Made by a program: the position numbers and the translations under genes. Of a stretch of 54,051 bases of DNA, positions 52,096-54,051 are shown piece by piece. The notes under the pieces were generated by a model. The model saw only the letters and a list, made by a program, of their open reading frames with translations, was not told the origin of the DNA and made no database searches. Positions within the stretch are counted from its first letter, which is position 1, and each line of letters opens with the position of its first letter. The stretch is from a virus (Duplodnaviria > Caudoviricetes): the IMG/VR virus record IMGVR_UViG_3300025137_000052, positions 1 through 54,051 of that record. One strand, written 5' to 3'.

Positions 52096-52337
52096 TATGT
52101 TCTTGCGTACCCAGGTTTACCCTTAGATGAATTGTCTTTTGATTGTTTACGTTTAACTGCTGCACGTTTCTTACCCGCAGACATACTTCTTGCTTTAGCA
52201 GAAGGCACACACTTGGGGTACTTACCTCTTTTCTCTCCTTTACTTCTACCGCATGGAGGAAATGAGCCATCAGATCTTGGGTTAGCTATGTCTACCCACT
52301 TCTCACCTACCCACTTTTTTAGCCCTTTTTGTGCCAC
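52095..52337 (-). CDS. Small basic protein (DUF5872-like)
   Basis: GLKKWVGEKWVDI…CGR…YPKCVP; GTG start with SD ggaggt. Confidence 0.75.
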   Translation of the reverse strand: MAQKGLKKWVGEKWVDIANPRSDGSFPPCGRSKGEKRGKYPKCVPSAKARSMSAGKKRAAVKRKQSKDNSSKGKPGYART

Positions 52338-52464
52338 TTTTTTTACCTCCAGGTTTTATTCTGCCTGAGCATACGCCTGATGCGTACATGTTTGCATAAG
52401 CTGATGGATACTTTTTAAATTTTCTTTTAGCTGCTGCTTTACCTTTTGCACATAACTTTGCCAT
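52303..52464 (-). CDS. Small basic protein (YPSAYAN type), 53 aa
   Basis: Not in ORF track; MAKLCAKGKAAAKRKFKKYPSAYANMYASGVCSGRIKPGGKKSGTKRAKKVGR; SD gagg. Confidence 0.75.
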   Translation of the reverse strand: MAKLCAKGKAAAKRKFKKYPSAYANMYASGVCSGRIKPGGKKSGTKRAKKVGR

Positions 52465-52465
52465 A

Positions 52466-52903
52466 TTATTTCCTCGTTAATGAACCACCAAAATATAATC
52501 CAATGATAGAAAATATAGTGTGTGATTGTAGGTTAGTTATATAAACTGTGTTGCCTGCTTCAAAGTATGATGTCTCATATACCTCACCAAATATCCACCA
52601 ACCACTATCTGCTTCAGTCATTATCTGATAAGCAACATTAACATCAGTAAAGATTGGTGCAACGATTGGCACTACAATAATGCTAAATACGCACATCAAT
52701 GCTATCCAACGTCTAGTGTGCTTGGTGTGTGGGTCAGATACTTCTCTTGCTTTGTCTGTTTGTTGAGCTGCAAATTCTGCACGTTGCATTAACATTTTCT
52801 CACGCTCTGCTTGAGCTTGACCTTTCTGTGCTTGAATAGACATAATTCCCCCAAGTACCGTACTTGCGAGCATACTCAATAATTCCATTGGCATTCCAAA
52901 CAT
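52466..52903 (-). CDS. Holin-like membrane protein (about 3 TM)
   Basis: N-terminal hydrophobic helix, TRRWIAL-TM, C-terminal IIGLYFGG. Confidence 0.65.
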   Translation of the reverse strand: MFGMPMELLSMLASTVLGGIMSIQAQKGQAQAEREKMLMQRAEFAAQQTDKAREVSDPHTKHTRRWIALMCVFSIIVVPIVAPIFTDVNVAYQIMTEADSGWWIFGEVYETSYFEAGNTVYITNLQSHTIFSIIGLYFGGSLTRK

Positions 52904-52907
52904 ATCG

Positions 52908-53132
52908 TTACCTCAACGGGTTGTCTGATCTAGCTTTTATCTCATCTACTTTTGCTTTGAGTACAGCTATTTCAGCTTTGTTAATTGCTATGTCTTGTTC
53001 TAGTGGTTTTATGTTTACTGCCTTTTGAGCTTCAAGAACATCAACCCTTGTAATTAATTGCCCTTGGTAAACAAAAAGTCCTGCTATGGTTATGACTAGT
53101 CCTATGCCAGTCGCTATGGTTTTAATATCCAC
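52908..53132 (-). CDS. TM-anchored coiled-coil protein (i-spanin-like)
   Basis: N-terminal TM followed by heptads, ending NPL. Confidence 0.55.
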   Translation of the reverse strand: MDIKTIATGIGLVITIAGLFVYQGQLITRVDVLEAQKAVNIKPLEQDIAINKAEIAVLKAKVDEIKARSDNPLR

Positions 53133-54051
53133 GAATCCTCCTTAAGTGTTCTTCTGCTCTAATTCTTTCGTCTACTTTATCCTGAACATTCTTTTGGTAC
53201 TGTGCAACAGGGTCACCATAAACATTCTGATTCTCAGCATATAAATTTCTAACATCAATATATTGTCTTGTTTCAAAGTAATCACCTCCATCTATATTCG
53301 GTTGATTAAGTATATCTTTGTTTACTTTACCATAATTGTCTACAGAAAAAGAACTTTGCATAGCTTTTGCTACTATAACAGACGTAGCTACTAATCTTTG
53401 GTCTATTCTTTTTACAAGCTCGTTTACTTTTTTCTCAACATTTTCTACTGTAATAGTTTGATTATCTCTTGGAGAAACTCTTTCATTCCTGCTTTCTTCC
53501 ACCTCTTGATTTCCGCTTTCGATATCTTCTTCTGCTCTAGCATTAGTTTCATCTCCAGCATCTCCATTTCCACCTGCTCTTGTTTCTCCTTCTCTGTCAA
53601 TTTCATCTTCTCCAGCAACCCCCGTAGATTCATTAGTTATTTCTTCACTAGCAACAACTGTATCTTCTGTTTGAGGTTCGTTAGAAATAGTTTCACTTTC
53701 GTTATCAATCTGTTCAGGTTGCTCTTGAGCGATTGTTTCTTCATTTGCACTGACTTCTTGCTCATCTGGTCCTCCCATTGTTGGTCGTTCTGCTCCTTCA
53801 TTTGTTGCGACAATCTCTTCATCAACTGGTCTTGGTTCATCGACGCTTTCAAAGTCTGCGGGACTTTCGTTTTGAGCGATTGGCTCTTCTGCAAAGAAAC
53901 TTTCGATTTCTTGAATTCCTTCAACTGGTCCCTGGTTGTCATAACTTTCTCCTGCTTCAAAGAAGCTTTCTTCGATTTGGATTTCTGTTGCGACTTCCGA
54001 GAAGTTCTCTTGACTGTCATATCTTATCTCCTCACCTATAGTAGGCAATTC
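53122..54051 (-). CDS. Highly acidic protein, C-terminal part (open at the right edge)
   Basis: Glu-rich disordered region; the frame remains open to 54051. Confidence 0.7.
   Translation of the reverse strand, partial: ELPTIGEEIRYDSQENFSEVATEIQIEESFFEAGESYDNQGPVEGIQEIESFFAEEPIAQNESPADFESVDEPRPVDEEIVATNEGAERPTMGGPDEQEVSANEETIAQEQPEQIDNESETISNEPQTEDTVVASEEITNESTGVAGEDEIDREGETRAGGNGDAGDETNARAEEDIESGNQEVEESRNERVSPRDNQTITVENVEKKVNELVKRIDQRLVATSVIVAKAMQSSFSVDNYGKVNKDILNQPNIDGGDYFETRQYIDVRNLYAENQNVYGDPVAQYQKNVQDKVDERIRAEEHLRRIRGY

Noticed and set aside
52303-52350. A7 run where the two overlapping small basic ORFs meet, a possible programmed frameshift fusing them
   Set aside because: The downstream ORF is in the +1 frame, not -1, and has its own SD (ggaggt) 7 nt before a GTG start, so independent initiation explains it.
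698-52368. Numerous opposite-strand ORFs in the track (e.g. 7807..8250, 20559..21221, 33145..33570)
   Set aside because: Antisense shadows of well-supported genes, with no SDs or motifs.
53445-54020. Lys/Gln-rich alternate-frame ORFs (53637..54020, 53445..53633)
   Set aside because: Expected frame shadows of a Glu-rich gene; no SD or recognisable motif, unlike the nested ORF at 42238.
1-54051. tRNA/tmRNA genes, integrase, introns/inteins
   Set aside because: No cloverleaf or T-loop signature seen in intergenic regions, and polA, terL and primase are uninterrupted. This was checked by eye only; tRNAscan or HMM searches would be decisive.

Overview
Near-complete genome of an AT-rich tailed dsDNA phage with podovirus-like architecture, probably marine (inferred from the tail-fibre motifs). 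It has two transcriptional arms that diverge from a non-coding control region at ~17.9-19.2 kb. The minus strand (17.9 kb down to 1, continuing from 54 kb down to 36.6 kb) carries terS/terL, portal, scaffold, major capsid, adaptors, two paralogous tail fibres, envelope/lysis-type proteins, small basic proteins, a tail protein and large internal virion proteins including a 2768-aa protein. The plus strand (18.1-36.6 kb) carries early genes, a MoxR-AAA/vWA-metallopeptidase module, an Ntn-hydrolase, family A DNA polymerase, nucleases, an SNF2-type helicase, two SSB-like proteins and a primase-DUF927 helicase. I recognised no integrase, RNA polymerase, endolysin, tRNA or CRISPR array. The most notable observations are: (1) a small basic gene with its own Shine-Dalgarno overprinted inside the giant virion-protein gene; (2) a cassette of two membrane desaturases plus a GNAT-like protein bracketed by duplicated tail-fibre N-termini; (3) tandem sliding-clamp-binding-like motifs in the giant protein; (4) a shared [FYM]xxGG motif across small and internal proteins; and (5) an early region dense with hairpins, an H-type pseudoknot and iteron-like repeats. 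All family assignments come from motif recognition by eye; no database searches were run.
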